From Lingula anatina (taxonomy: Eukaryota > Animalia > Brachiopoda): a stretch of DNA of 64,000 bases. The stretch is from contig CM120645.1 of the NCBI GenBank assembly GCA_051362555.1, positions 18,600,001 to 18,664,000 on the forward strand, given 5' to 3'. The notes under the pieces were generated by a model that was not told the DNA's origin, searched no databases, and saw only the letters and a list, made by a program, of their open reading frames with translations. The position numbers and the translations under genes were made by a program. How positions within the stretch are numbered: position 1 is the stretch's first letter; each line of letters starts with the position of its first letter. This document shows, piece by piece, positions 50,348 to 63,265 of the stretch.

Positions 50348-53300
50348 AATCCATGATGTATGGGTGGGGGGACAGACCATAACTGAATATAAAAATAAAT
50401 TTGATTCTTTGGTATCAAGACAGCACTGGTATTATGAGTTTTATTTATGAAGTTTGAAAGAAAACAAAATTCAAAAATGTCTTGAATTATTAAATTTAGT
50501 CATACATGCACATTATTATCATAATTCTCTCGATTTTATGAGGACAGGTTGGCTTATGGTAGGACAGGTAACTTTCAAGAGTAACCTGTCCTGCTGTCTG
50601 GTTGAATTTTAGGAGGAGTTTCCAACCCTGACTACCATTACTACAACAACTACTACTGATACAAACAATAATAATAATAATAATAGTAATTCATCAGATT
50701 GACATTAATCTTAGTTCAGGTATTTTCCCAAATTGTTTAATAGTGATACATTGTTAAGTAATTTAATTAATTTAAAGACACTTGGCTTTGTATAATAAAA
50801 TTTCTTAATATATTTCTGTCTAATCGTGTTGTAGTGAGGGCATTTAAGGATAAAATGAAATTCATCCTCTACATCGTTTAAATTGCATAACTTACAGATT
50901 CTCAATTTCTTATTTGTGTCTGTGTATCGGCCAGTCTCTATAGCTAGATTATGTGATGAAAGCCTAAATTTTGCGATAAATTCCTTATTTTTCTGTGAAA
51001 TTGTGAAATTATCAACAAGGTGTTGATACAGAAGCCCTTTACTCGCTGTGAATATTTCTCCTGTCAGTACATGTCTAAAATGATCCTTCAATCTTTGTCC
51101 TATCAAGGACAGTATACAAACATCCGACATATTTTCATAAAAAGTAAATGACAGACCCATTAATTCAAGGTCATTCCGTATACAATTTATCCACTCAAAA
51201 TTATTGTTAAGGATATCTTTATAGCATGTTTGTATAATACAGTTTTTTGAAGAGTGGATTTTCAGCCAATATGTAAAAATTCTTAAATTTCTACCTAAAA
51301 TAAGGGGATATCGCCCGGTTTCATAATATACTAAGTTATTATTAGTGCTTCTTTTAACACCCAGCATTCTTTTCAAAAATCGGTATGTACCTTTCTTATA
51401 TCCTTTGCCTTATTGAATCCCCATATTTCTGATGCATAATTAAAAATACTACCAAAGTACGTATCAAAGACTGCACACCTGGTGGACACATTAAAGTTAT
51501 GGTTTTTTAACATGCTGCTAATAGCAAATAATGCTCTTTTACCCTGTTCTGCTATATGTTTTTGAGTTTGACAAAACTTACCATTAAAATTAAAAGTAAT
51601 CCGAGATAACTAAACTGATTCACCCTTTCTAAGACAACGCCGTTATATTTCCATTTCTCTTCATCCCCATTACCTAAAGCTTACCCCCATTTCTAAAGAC
51701 CATTGTTTTTGTTTTTGCTGTATTAACCGTTAAATTCGACTTTTGTGAGTATAATTTCAGGGTGTCTAAAAGTTTTTGTAGTCCTTGAGGGGTTTCCGAT
51801 AAAAGTACCATATCATCAGCGTACATAAGTAAAAAAAGATTTATGTCCCGTATTTCAATACTTTCACAATTTTCAGATAAGCAAAAAGTTTCAAAATCAT
51901 TAACAAACAAAGAATAAAGTAGCGGGGACATTACCTCTCCTTGTAATAGACCAGTGTGTATTTGGAAGTATTCAGATAGCTGACCTTTAAACTTAACACA
52001 AGCTTTTACATTGCTGTAAAGACTTTTTATAATTTGGAGCAATTTACCTTGGACACCGAGTTTATTTAATTTCTTTCATAAACTTGGCCTATCGATGGAA
52101 TCGAAAGCGGATTTATAATCCACAAACGCACAATATAGTCGCTTCTTACTCCTTAAAGTACGTTTTATCACATGCTGTAGCATTCCAGGAAATAAAACTT
52201 AGCTCCGAAACTTCATCTTTTTTTACCAAAGCTGAGCATTTATCTATGGTGGGCGAGGTTTCTACCTCCTCGCGTGCGATATCTGTGTTAAACTGATTGT
52301 GGTCCAAAACTTGGCAGAAGGGCTGCCTGTCCTAGTGATTCATGGTCAATGGTGGTGATACAGCATGCTGTGGGCGTATGAGAGGGGTCCTAATTCTGTT
52401 TACTGGTGTTCTCATTCCATTCACTGGCACTGCTTGAAAGATGGTTTCGGGTCCGCTTGGGTTTGTGTATCTAGGTGTATTTATGTACGGGGCCGGAGTT
52501 TGGCCCACGTTGACCAGCTGCATATGGGCGCTATTTGTGGCAGTAGCCATACGTGTATTATCTTGTCGCATCCTGTCGGCAGTTTTTTCTTTAATAAGCC
52601 CATGGTTGGTGATGTAGAACATATATGTCCCTCTGGCACATATTGTAACAAGAATTCCATGTTTTTGTCAAGAACTCTCTTGCAGTGGGATTTACTGGCA
52701 TGTATACGTACTTTTCACATTCTTGCATCTGTACTATTTCTTATATTATGCTTCTGCCTTAATACTAGTATTTTCTCTTCTATACTGCCTAAGGCTACCT
52801 TTACAAGTCCAGGTTTTCTAGTCCTGCTTTGCAGTCTTTTGCACTCCTGTATCCTGGGTAGGTCCACAGCCTTTGCTCAAATTCAGGTGGCATAATGGTC
52901 ATCAGAATTTGTCCCACCTTGTCCTCCAGATTTTCATTAGGACTTTGATATAGGCCTGTTATGATAACTGAAATATCTGGATTTTCCACACCTGACTTAT
53001 GGCTATCCAAACATGATTCTATTCTACATTTAAGCAAATCAATAATTCTATCTTTTTTTTGCAAATCGTGAGTCGGTTCTAATGTTTTGTCCTGTAGTGC
53101 TTTCAGCTTTAAATTTTGAGTATTGACCGTTACTTCTATATCTTTCTTCATTTCATTACTTTTTCTTGTACAAGATGTGTGATATCTTTTTTCAAATGTT
53201 CACACATTTTTGTATTATTTTCAATAATGCTTTTTTGACTGTCCTTAATCACCTTCAATTCTTTCATGATGTCTGCCATCTGTAGTGCAATGTTTTCCAG

Positions 53301-56300
53301 TGACATCCCTCCTGTGGGCAGCTTATTGTTATTTTCCCATTGTATTGCAGCTATAGGAGTTGATTGTTGTAGACCGGCCATGGTGGGGTGGTTATCAGTT
53401 GTGTCTCCGTACAAGGCTGCGTTGGCGTCCTCCAAAATACTGCTAAGATGGAAGTTTTCACTACTACTGCTAGGACTATTGACTTTTCGCTTTTTATTCT
53501 TAGATTTTCCCATAGCTCGTGTGACATGCAGGGTGTAGGGTCAATCGAAGTAACGGCGAAACGTGACCTGGCTATAGCACTGCACCATATCAATAAAGTC
53601 AGAAAAAAGCAACAAAGTCTACTAATTTTTTACTTCACACGCAACCTCTGTATACTTATCGTCTTATTTATAGTCAATGCTGTTCAATTGGTGACATATT
53701 CGTCAATATTTTCAAACTTTTCTTTGCCCGCTTGTCCGTCGCTTTGTCTTTCGTGTGGTGACCTTGACCTTCAAATGAACCTTTAATATAGAGTTAAGAC
53801 AAATTCTTTTGTTTATTTACAGTAATTGTCTAATTTTCAAATGTATTTAATTAATATAGGTTGATAATTTGATGTACATCCTAATATTTAAAACATATTT
53901 TGCCTTACAGTCGACCAAACTGCAACAAGGGCTCAGGTTTCCACCCTCTGTATATGAATGTGAACATGAAGAATGGTGAAACCCTGAACAACTGGGTGGA
54001 CTCCCTGTCAGCAGCCTGGGCTGGGATACAGGTTGGTAAACATATTTTTCTTGTATGTAATATAATCATAATGAGATTCATATTCTTTTCTATCTTTTTG
54101 AGGTGTTGGGGATAATAAACTAGGAGAGAGTATTGAAATTTTCAATGCAAAATTTTGTAGATATTTATTAGTTGTGAGTTCAAATGCTGTAACAGAGGCT
54201 GTACTGGGTGAATGTGGAAGGTATCCTTTGTATACCATTTAATATATAGTGAATGGAGAATAGTAATGGTGAACTCATTTGTAAACTAGCTAAACCATAC
54301 CAAATGGCACTGTTCGCCCTCTAAAATGCCAATAGGGGAGGAGGGGGGTCGGCTTTGTATCCATGAATCCCCTTCCCTTCAAATAATCCTGGATCCCCCC
54401 CCCCCTTTCCAGGTACAGAGTATTATTGTGAACAGTGTGTTTCTCAACAGAGTTAGAGTATTATTGTAAACCGTGTGTTTCTCAACAGAGTTATGATAAC
54501 AGCAATATCTGTTTCTTTTTCTGTTCAGGTGTTAGCTGGGGATATCGAGGAGGCCATATGCAGCCATGCAGTCTACTATTCTATATGGAGGAAATATGGC
54601 ATCCTACCAGAAAGATACAACTGGCATTTAAAAGTGCCAGAGCTGAATTTTTATCCTCTCAGACCAGAGTTGGTTGAATCTACGTATCTTTTATATCAGG
54701 CAACTAAAAACCCTTTTTACCTCCATGTTGGAAAGGATATATTAGAGAACATTGATAAATATGCAAAAGCAGAGTGAGTATAAAACTGTTTAATATGACT
54801 GTTGTCTATTACTGCATTTTGTCCTGTGAAGTGATTCAGGTTCAAACTGTTGCTATTCATTTAATACATACTGAACTATCTAAATCAAAGCAGATTTAAT
54901 TGTACCACCAGCGTTAGCGCTGGCGGTACACATGGTTTCGGTCCCGTCCGGATCGTTCCGCCGGCTCCGCCGGCTCCGTTGGCTCCGCCGGCTCCGCCGG
55001 ACAGCTACCGTTACCGCTTCTCCTCCTAGACGGTAAGGGCCCCCGTACCCATCTCATGGATTTAGGTCACCTATAATCTCAACTCGTTCCACGTAAAATT
55101 TGGGCTTTGTCGGTATTGGGGTCTGGGTGTGGCACTCATTGCAATGCACCCTTGTCTAAAAATGGCAAAATTAAATGCTAATTATCTACCCTACGGAAGG
55201 AGTTATGGGAAAAATTTCTATAGACGGCTTTCCAAAAGTCATATGTGTAGATTTCAAATATACCCTTGGATTTGACCTTTGACCTTTACTTCAAGGTCAA
55301 ATGGGCCAAAATTTTCAAAAAAATGAAATTTTTTACGAAAAAAATTTTTTTTGCCCTGTTATTCAGACACCACACAGACTTAACCAATAATATTATTGGA
55401 AAGTGTTACCCTTCGGGTCATCTTTCATCTCCATGAATTTGGGGTCAATCGGTGCATTTTCACGGGAGTAGCGGCCATAAGATACCGAAACTGAAAACTG
55501 TCTCTAATTCGGGAACCGTTAATGCTAGAGACCCATTCTTTTTTGCATTTTGTAGAGCATGTAAAGCCCAACACTGGAGGTGGTCTCGGTTTTTTTGTAT
55601 TCCATACGGTTTTCGAGTTACGCTGTATCAAAAAGTACATATTGGTGGTAAAAGCAAAATGTGCAGTACGGTAATGGATAATAAATTTTGAACTCTGGAA
55701 AAATAAAACATAAGGCTTGGCAAAGCAGACAACTTGTGTTCAAAAATGACATTATTTCATCAAATTTGAACTTCTGAAACTTCAGAGCACCTCCTATTTC
55801 AAGAATTTTGACCAAAATGACATTTTCTTTATTTTAATTAATTTTTTCTGTACGAAATTTAAGGCACATTATGGTAACTCCAAAATTATAACATCTAGTC
55901 CCTTATATCTCCAAAACTGGCAGAGATAGGTCCATAGTTACTATTGAAGTTGAATAGGAAGTCATATACTGGCAATCTTACTATGACCTTGAAATTGACC
56001 TTTGACCTACTTTTCACCATGAACTGAACTTTGCAAATTTTTCTTCCCTTTTATCTCCAAAACTGGCAGAGATAGGTCCATAGTTACTATTGAACTTGAA
56101 TAGGAAGTCATATACTGGCAATCTAAATGTGACCTTAAAATTGACCTTTGACCTACTTTACACCATGAACTGAATTTTGCAAATTTTGCTTTCCTTATAT
56201 CTCCAAAACTGGCAGAGATAGGTCCGTAGTTACTATTGAACTTGAATAGGAAGTCATATACTGGCAATCTATATGTGACATTAAAATTGACCTTTGACCT

Positions 56301-59300
56301 ACTTTTCACCATGAACTGAATTTTGCAAATTTTGCTTTCCTTTTATCTCCAAAACTGGCTGAGATAGGTCCGTAGTTACTATTGAACTTGAATAGGAAGT
56401 CATATACTGGCAATCTAAATGTGACCTTAAAATTGACCTTTGACCTACTTTACACCATGAACTGAATTTTGCAAAATTTGCTTCCCTTTTATCTCCAAAA
56501 CTGGCAGAGATAGGTCCATAGTTACTATTGAACTTGAATAGGAAGTCATATACTGGCAATCTAAATGTGACCTTAAAATTGACCTTTGACCTACTTTACA
56601 CCATGAACTGAATTTTGCAAATTTTGCTTTCCTTTTATCTCCAAAACTGGCTGAGATAGGTCCGTAGTTACTATTGAACTTGAATAGGAAGTCATATACT
56701 GGCAATCTATATGTGACATTAAAATTGACCTTTGACCTACTTTTCACCATGAACTGAATTTTGCAAATTTTGCTTTCCTTTTATCTCCAAAACTGGCTGA
56801 GATAGGTCCGTAGTTACTATTGAACTTGAATAGGAAGTCATATACTGGCAATCTAAATGTGACCTTAAAATTGACCTTTGACCTACTTTTCACCATAAAC
56901 TGAACTTTGCAAATTTTTCTTCCCTTTTATCTCCAAAACTGGCAGAGATAGGTCCATAGTTACTATTGAAGTTGAATAGGAAGTCATATACTGGCAATCT
57001 AAATGTGACCTTAAAATTGACCTTTGACCTACTTTACACCATGAACTGAATTTTGCAAATTTTGCTTTCCTTTTATCTCCAAAACTGGCTGAGATAGGTC
57101 CGTAGTTACTATTGAACTTGAATAGGAAGTCATATACTGGCAATCTAAATGTGACCTTAAAATTGACCTTTGACCTACTTTTCACCATAAACTGAACTTT
57201 GCAAATTTTGCTTCCCTTTTATCTCCAAAACTGGCAGAGATAGGTCCATAGTTACTATTGAACTTGAATAGGAAGTCATATACTGGCAATCTAAATGTGA
57301 CCTTGAAATTGACCTTTGACCTACTTTTCACCATGAACTGAACTTTGCAAACTTTTCTGCCCTTTTATCTCCAAAACTGGCAGGGATAGGTCCATAGTTA
57401 CTATTGAACTTGAAAAGGAAGTCATATACTGGCAATCTTAATGTGACCTTAAAATTGACCTTTGACCTACTTTACACCATGAACTGAATTTTGCAAATTT
57501 TGCTTCCCTTTTATCTCCAAAACTGGCAGAGATAGGTCCATAGTTACTATTGAACTTGAAAAGGAAGTCATATACTGGCAATCTAAATGTGACCTTAAAA
57601 TTGACCTTTGACCTACTTTACACCATGAACTGAATTTTGCAAAATTTGCTTCCCTTTTATCTCCAAAACTGGCAGAGATAGGTCCATAGTTACTATTGAA
57701 CTTGAATAGGAAGTTATATAATGGCAATCTAAATGTGACCTTAAAATTGACCTTTGACCTACTTTACACCATGAACTGGATTTTGCAAATTTTGCTTTCC
57801 TTTTATCTCCAAAACTGGCTGAGATAGGTACGTAGTTACTATTGAACTTGAATAGGAAGTCATATACTGGCATTATAAATGTGACATTAAAATTGACCTT
57901 TGTCCTACTTTTCACCATAAACTGAACTTTGCAAATTTTTCTTCCCTTTTATCTCCAAAACTGGCAGAGATAGGTCCATAGTTACTATTGAACTTGAATA
58001 GAAAGTCATATACTGGCAATCTAAATGTGACCTTGAAATTGACCTTTGACCTACTTTTCACCATGAACTGAATTTTGCAAATTTTACTTCCCTTTTATCT
58101 CCAAAACTGGCTGAGATAGGTCCATAGTTACTATTGAACTTGAATAGGAAGTCATATACTGGCAATCTAAGTGTGACCTTGAAATTGACCTTTGACCTAC
58201 TTTTTATCATGAACTGAACTCTGCTAATTTCTTTCTCTTTTAACTTCAAACTTGACAGAGATAGGTCCATAGTTACTCTTGAACTTGAATAGGAAGTCAT
58301 ATACTGGCAATTTACTGTGACCTTGAAATTGACCCTTGACCTACCTTACGAAGAACTTAAATTTGATTGTACCATATATATTTTTTGCAATAGTTAAAAA
58401 ATTCTTGTTGATTGCATTTTTACAGCTTGTCAAGCACAAAACTGGTGGCTGTGTCCCTTATTTTGTGTATGTGGGGGTCTATACGAATGCGTTTGCTCCA
58501 GCTGGTGGTACAATATTTGGAGGCGGTATCGCCTCTCTGATCCTCTAGTTATGATAAAGAATTGATGTAGTGCTGGAAACCATAAGCTGTTATAATTTAA
58601 AAACTGAAATGCCTCATCAGAGATTATATTATTCAGGAATATTCCTAATTTCAGAGAATTTTATTCTGACCCAATTTCATTTCTGTCAGAAACAACTCCA
58701 CTATCTTTGCCAGCCAGGTTAACCTTCATGACTGTGTGTATCTTTCAGATGTGGCTATGCAACAATTCATGATGTTACAAAGATGGACCTGGAGGACAGA
58801 ATGGAAAGTTTTTTCCTCAGTGAAACTTGTAAATATTTATATCTTGTAAGTATTTCAAAAGTGAAGAAGTGTCAATCTTCAGTACATACAGGATGATCTG
58901 TGATAGCTTTGTTGTTTTGTCAGTAGAGATTAGCATAAGTGTTCATGTAGAGAGAAAAACAACAAAAAAACAATGTAGCACTTGGCCAGTCAAATTTCGG
59001 TTTCATATATATTAGTTTTGCTTTCGAAAGAATGTAAAATATATTTGTATTATTGTATCATTGGGCTTTATTGTATTTTTCATAGAGGAATGTTTTTTTG
59101 GTATGGGGAGAGGGGTGGGGGGTTGTTGGGGAGGGAAATGTTGTTTGTATATATATTCTCTTGTGTTCAGAGAAGGTATCTGTTTTTACATGCACACTTC
59201 AGTATTTTGGATTTAGTTGATGATTTACAGAAATAACAAAGTTCATTTCAACAAAGTTGAATGCAAAACAATTTTAAATTGTACATGCTTTTCTCAAGGA

Positions 59301-60990
59301 TTTTACACTGTACCCCAATGTCTGTCATGTTAGTCTTGCCACAAAATAGTGAACATTTGAGTTACGTCAGTTATGTGCGTATTTTATGAATAATATATGC
59401 ATAGGTCTGCCTTGCCACAGTATTTTCTTTCATTCTTAATAAGGAAAGAAATCAACAGTGAATAAAAAGTGTTATAAAACACAAAAATCATGTGTATCAC
59501 TTGCGTAACTCAAATGTTTGGTGCATTCTGGAATATCCCATTATCTTTGACTTCAGTCACTGTTAAAATTGACAAAACATTTGTACTCTTTCACACTAAA
59601 ATGGTTATCCATTGTTCTGGTTGTTTTAATGTCACTGCTTCTATCAGTTTTGTCTATCCAGTTGGCAGTTTTGCTGCCTTGTTGACCTACATTTCATTGT
59701 TATTTCTAGCGCTCCAAATTTGTCTCAAATTATTGAAAACAGCTGCCATAATTTTTATGCTTTATTGTACAAATTATTCATGTTGTCGCTTATGATTGTG
59801 ATGGTAATTACTCACAATTTTTGAACTACCTCACTTATTTTTCTCAAAAATTCATTAGGTCTGGTAAAAGATATTTATATTTTGTTGTTTTCTTACATCA
59901 CATATTTTTGCCTTGTTGACCTGGGGCAGAGAAACCAAGCTATTAGATATTATTAACTTCTTTGGGCAGTGAACCCCCTAATTGGAGGCACATTGTGTAG
60001 GGAGATGAGTTTTGATATTCTGTCCCTTGTTATATTTTAAGGCAAAATATGCACTCAAAATGGTATTTACAGAGGGTAACTATTATGTTTGCTTTCTTCA
60101 TTCCAAATGTGACTGAGAAAGTTTGGTTTGGAAGCCCCCCTTCCTCTTTTGATGTTGATCAAAAATTAGACAAAGAAAAATGTCAATGTTGTCTGTGATG
60201 TGATAAAACAGCCACATACCATGAAACCTCTCTTATCTTTAGCAGAAGGTAGAGAGTATTTACCATAACCCTCTCAGTCAACCCTCCCAACTCTGTAAAT
60301 GTATTGTTTTCTTCCACCTTCCAGCTTTTTGACAAAGATCACCATTTAAACAAAGAGGCAGCCAGTTATATTTTTACAACAGAGGGACATATATTACCAA
60401 TAAGCCCCAGGTGGAGAGAGAAACCCTGGGAGGAATATTTAGAAAATGATATACAGGATGTGTCATCTGACAGTGAAAAAAGCGTTTTAGATGTGCGGAA
60501 AAATAATATGACCAATGTAAGCATCTAACAGTTGAGCGTAAAACTGGTATGGGGATCTTTGTGCTATGATGTTGAGTATTAGTAGGTATTCATAATTTAC
60601 TTGTTGTGGATTTTATAGCTGTTTGTAAGGCTCTGGTGTTGTCAAAAATTGAAGGCCACCATTACCTTTTTATTTAGAAATTGTAAAATACACATTTCAT
60701 CAAATTATGTAATTGTTGAAAGGATTTTGATATGGTAGTTCTTTTAACTTAAATACGATACTTGTAAATGTTGTAAGGATGTTTTTTAATAAGACTGTAG
60801 CAGTACAAAATTGGTAAGAAGAGAAGTAAAGAAAAAGCAAGCTGATGAAGATTTTACCAAGTTAAATATTTATTGCTCCACTATTTCTTTCCAGTGTGAC
60901 AGGATTCCAGATGAGAGGAGGTATTTCCTACCACTGGAGACCAGATATCTACAACAAGTAGAGGCTAGTATAGGCTTGACTGTAACCTGA
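41814..60990 (+). CDS. EDEM1: ER degradation-enhancing alpha-mannosidase-like protein 1 (GH47), ~574 aa
   Basis: Exons 41814-42079, 42565-42637, 43083-43186, 44283-44454, 45812-45995, 46552-46643, 47325-47407, 53911-54031, 54529-54773, 58749-58845, 60325-60516, 60895-60990 (1725 nt). Signal peptide; [95 protein letters not shown], and an EDEM1-type C-terminus [14 protein letters not shown]. Confidence 0.96.
43594..43652. repeat. (CA)n microsatellite
   Basis: Direct reading. Confidence 0.95.
44588..44787. repeat. 101-bp tandem duplication
   Basis: GGAGTGAGCTCATAGTAGCCAGAC... starts at 44588 and again at 44689, with few mismatches. Confidence 0.9.
44790..45111. mobile_element. Non-autonomous TTAA-target DNA transposon (Kolobok-like MITE)
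   Basis: TTAA|AGGGATAATAACTCTTCG...CGAAGAGTTATTATCTCT|TTAA. Confidence 0.8.
47826..48466. repeat. Tandem duplication, 317-bp units at 324-bp period, spanning the LINE 3' junction
   Basis: 47826-48142 and 48150-48466 are nearly identical, separated by TTGAACC. Confidence 0.92.
48436..53769 (-). mobile_element. RTE-X-like LINE with 5' end and ORF1 retained, endonuclease deleted, degenerate; hAT copy 2 nested in its 3' UTR
   Basis: 20-bp TSD TTCAAATGAACCTTTAATAT (48416-48435 and 53770-53789); 3' end AATAAATTGA. Fragmented ORF1 at 52332-53513. RT remnants [30 protein letters not shown]; C-terminal [25 protein letters not shown]...[10 protein letters not shown]. Confidence 0.88.
48518..50630 (+). 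mobile_element. Non-autonomous hAT transposon, copy 2 (2113 bp, 7-bp TSD), inverted relative to copy 1
   Basis: Reverse complement of 25083-27196 (identical ORF-track peptides); TSD ACTACCA (48511-48517 and 50631-50637). Confidence 0.9.
54130..54240 (+). mobile_element. Tiny RTE-X-like LINE remnant
   Basis: Translates to [28 protein letters not shown], the same motif as [21 protein letters not shown] in the adjacent LINE. Confidence 0.5.
54901..58548 (+). mobile_element. Helentron-associated non-autonomous element (HINE/DINE-like), copy 2
   Basis: Same 5' hairpin, CCGGCTCCG microsatellite, unique core and 3' end (GCTGGTGGTAC...GAGGCGGTATCGCCTC...CTAG|TT) as 36007-38181. Confidence 0.8.
55905..58345 (+). 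repeat. 146-bp satellite array (~16-17 units) inside HINE copy 2
   Basis: The unit ATCTCCAAAACTGGCAGAGATAGGTCCATAGTTACTATTGAACTTGAATAGGAAGTCATATACTGGC...TGACCTTTGACCT... recurs every 146 bp; ORF-track offsets are multiples of 146. Confidence 0.95.
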
Positions 60991-63222
60991 CCACTGAGGA
61001 CTTAGATGAGTTGTGCAGAAATAATCCCTAGTCAACAGATTCAGCTAGGAGTTACCTACCAGAGCATAAGATCTGCCTTGAAGTTTAAATTTGCTGTATT
61101 TTATCTAACTTAAAACTTCTTTTTTAGATTCAGACTTGTCACAGACACTGCAGTTGTCCATGTCGCCCTTATGTCTACAACATTACCTTCAGCAGTGTTT
61201 TTATCGTGTCATACTCTACATATATTATGCATCCTGACCATACCAAAGGTTTCCTTCGAACTCTGTGTTTTAACATCCAGCATCACCTCGTCACTGTCAT
61301 ATCATGACACTAAAGACATCTCCTCACTACAAACATTGTTTATTGCATATATTCCATTTTCATTCCCATTGCAGCACACTATATTTATACTCAGCTCATT
61401 AGCACATTCCAGTGTCACATCCAACCTGTGTCTCACCTATCACACTGCTGTGTACCAGGTAACCATTAACTCCTCAGTTTCATTATGCACTAGTACAATT
61501 TCCTTATTCTGTAGAGGAATATTACTTATCAGCTTTACTGTTATGGTAAGATTTATGTTAAGCAATACCAGAGCTAAATTGGAAGGTGCAATTTTTTTAA
61601 ATTTATCATGTAATATATACAATGTTGGCTTGCTGCCCCCAGATAGTGTTCTACCAAGCATATTTCGGCTGCCATATGGGCCTCTTCCCACATGACCTTT
61701 TTTGACAAAAAAAATTGAGCAGACACTCTATATTGAGAGAAAATTCTTGTCCTCTTGAGTGATCCAGTTGAATTTTTTTAAATTTTCAATGGACCCAATG
61801 TTCTCATTCAGAAGGGCAACAACTGATGTACCCTGGGTCATAGTATGCAAGAATTCTGAGACTTCAAACTTGAGACAAACTTTCTGTTGAAGTTAAACAC
61901 TGCCTATGGGCTGCCTATAGGTGATGTTGCATTAACTTACAGCCTGTGATGATTTATCAGTTCATAGATTTAATATATTTGTGTATTGTTGAGTATTTGC
62001 CTTTGTGACTAAGTATAACAGCAAAGCTTAGAGGGATTCCTGTTTGTTAGGGTATTTCAAGGGGTTTGTGATGTAATAACATTATTGTTAATTAGGTCAT
62101 TTATCAAAAGACAAATGTATTATCACTGATGTGTTAAAAAGGTTTTCTGTAGAGCATTGTGCTGTGTTTAAGTCTCATTTTGTCTCTGAATTGGACATGG
62201 CTACATCAGTTGCAGTACAAAGTTAACAAATGTACCAGAAGATGAACAAAGTGGATATAATATGCTATCTGTTCATCTTTAGAAGTAAACATTTAATTGA
62301 TGTTTCAACACCTTCTGAATTTAGTATCATTTTGACTTAGGCTTTTATTTGTTATTAAGAAGATGCAGAGAAAATTTAGTCACATTTTTGAGTTATTGAA
62401 TTTAAGAAGTCTTAGCTTTTTTCATAATTTCATGGTGCTTAAACAAAAATGAAAGGTTTTTTGTTTTGTTTATATTGAAGTTGATATAAAACTGTGAACT
62501 ATGCAGTGCTATTTTAGTCAGGGAGCACTTATTTCAATGTCAATATTGAATTAGACAGAGCTATACTACACGGTTTTCATGCCTTTATCTTTTACAAAGA
62601 TTAAATTTTTTTGAAGAAAAGTTGTGAGTTCAAATAACCACTTATTTAAAAGCTGTATCACACAATTGGAAGGTCGTTGCTCAATTTGAACTAACTCTTG
62701 CTCTTTTCGACACTTAGTATTTAAGAATTAAAGGGGCTCAGGGATATTATTCAATGATAAAATGCACAAGAAGCATGAATCAGTAGAAACTTAGAATAGC
62801 AATAACACTGCATTTTAGAAGAGAGAGTCAAATGATGTTTTCAACTGACATCAAGTCCAGTTTGTAACCGACTTAGAATGTTATATTTTTATTGGACAGG
62901 TAGTGGCAGTAAAATGACAATGAAAGTGGTTAGACACAGTGTCGTTGACTTGTTGGCAGTCAGTATTATATTGAAACATGTACCTACATAAAATTTTATC
63001 CAGAGGAGACTTTTTCCAGGCAAAAAGGGGGGTTCTTTTGAACCCCCTGTCCCCCCCCTCACTATGGGCCTCATTCATAGGACACGATGGCCCTTTTCGG
63101 CTTAAACTTGCAGATATGAGCTTTTTCTGTGTAAATGCTGAATTCCGCATTTTTTAATTCAATTCCTAAGGCAACCCCCTGACCTCTGGCTGGTAAAGTG
63201 TTAGGTCTCATGATAAATGTTC

Positions 63223-63265
<43 letters not shown>

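Noticed and set aside
55905-58345. CRISPR-like array or repeated small proteins ([10 protein letters not shown]... ORFs)
   Set aside because: Units are contiguous with no unique spacers, there are no cas genes, and the context is a eukaryotic intron. The ORFs are by-products of the 146-bp period.
61171-61695. 174-aa ORF after EDEM1
   Set aside because: It lies in the probable 3' UTR, has low-complexity Ser/Leu/Thr composition and no recognisable domain.
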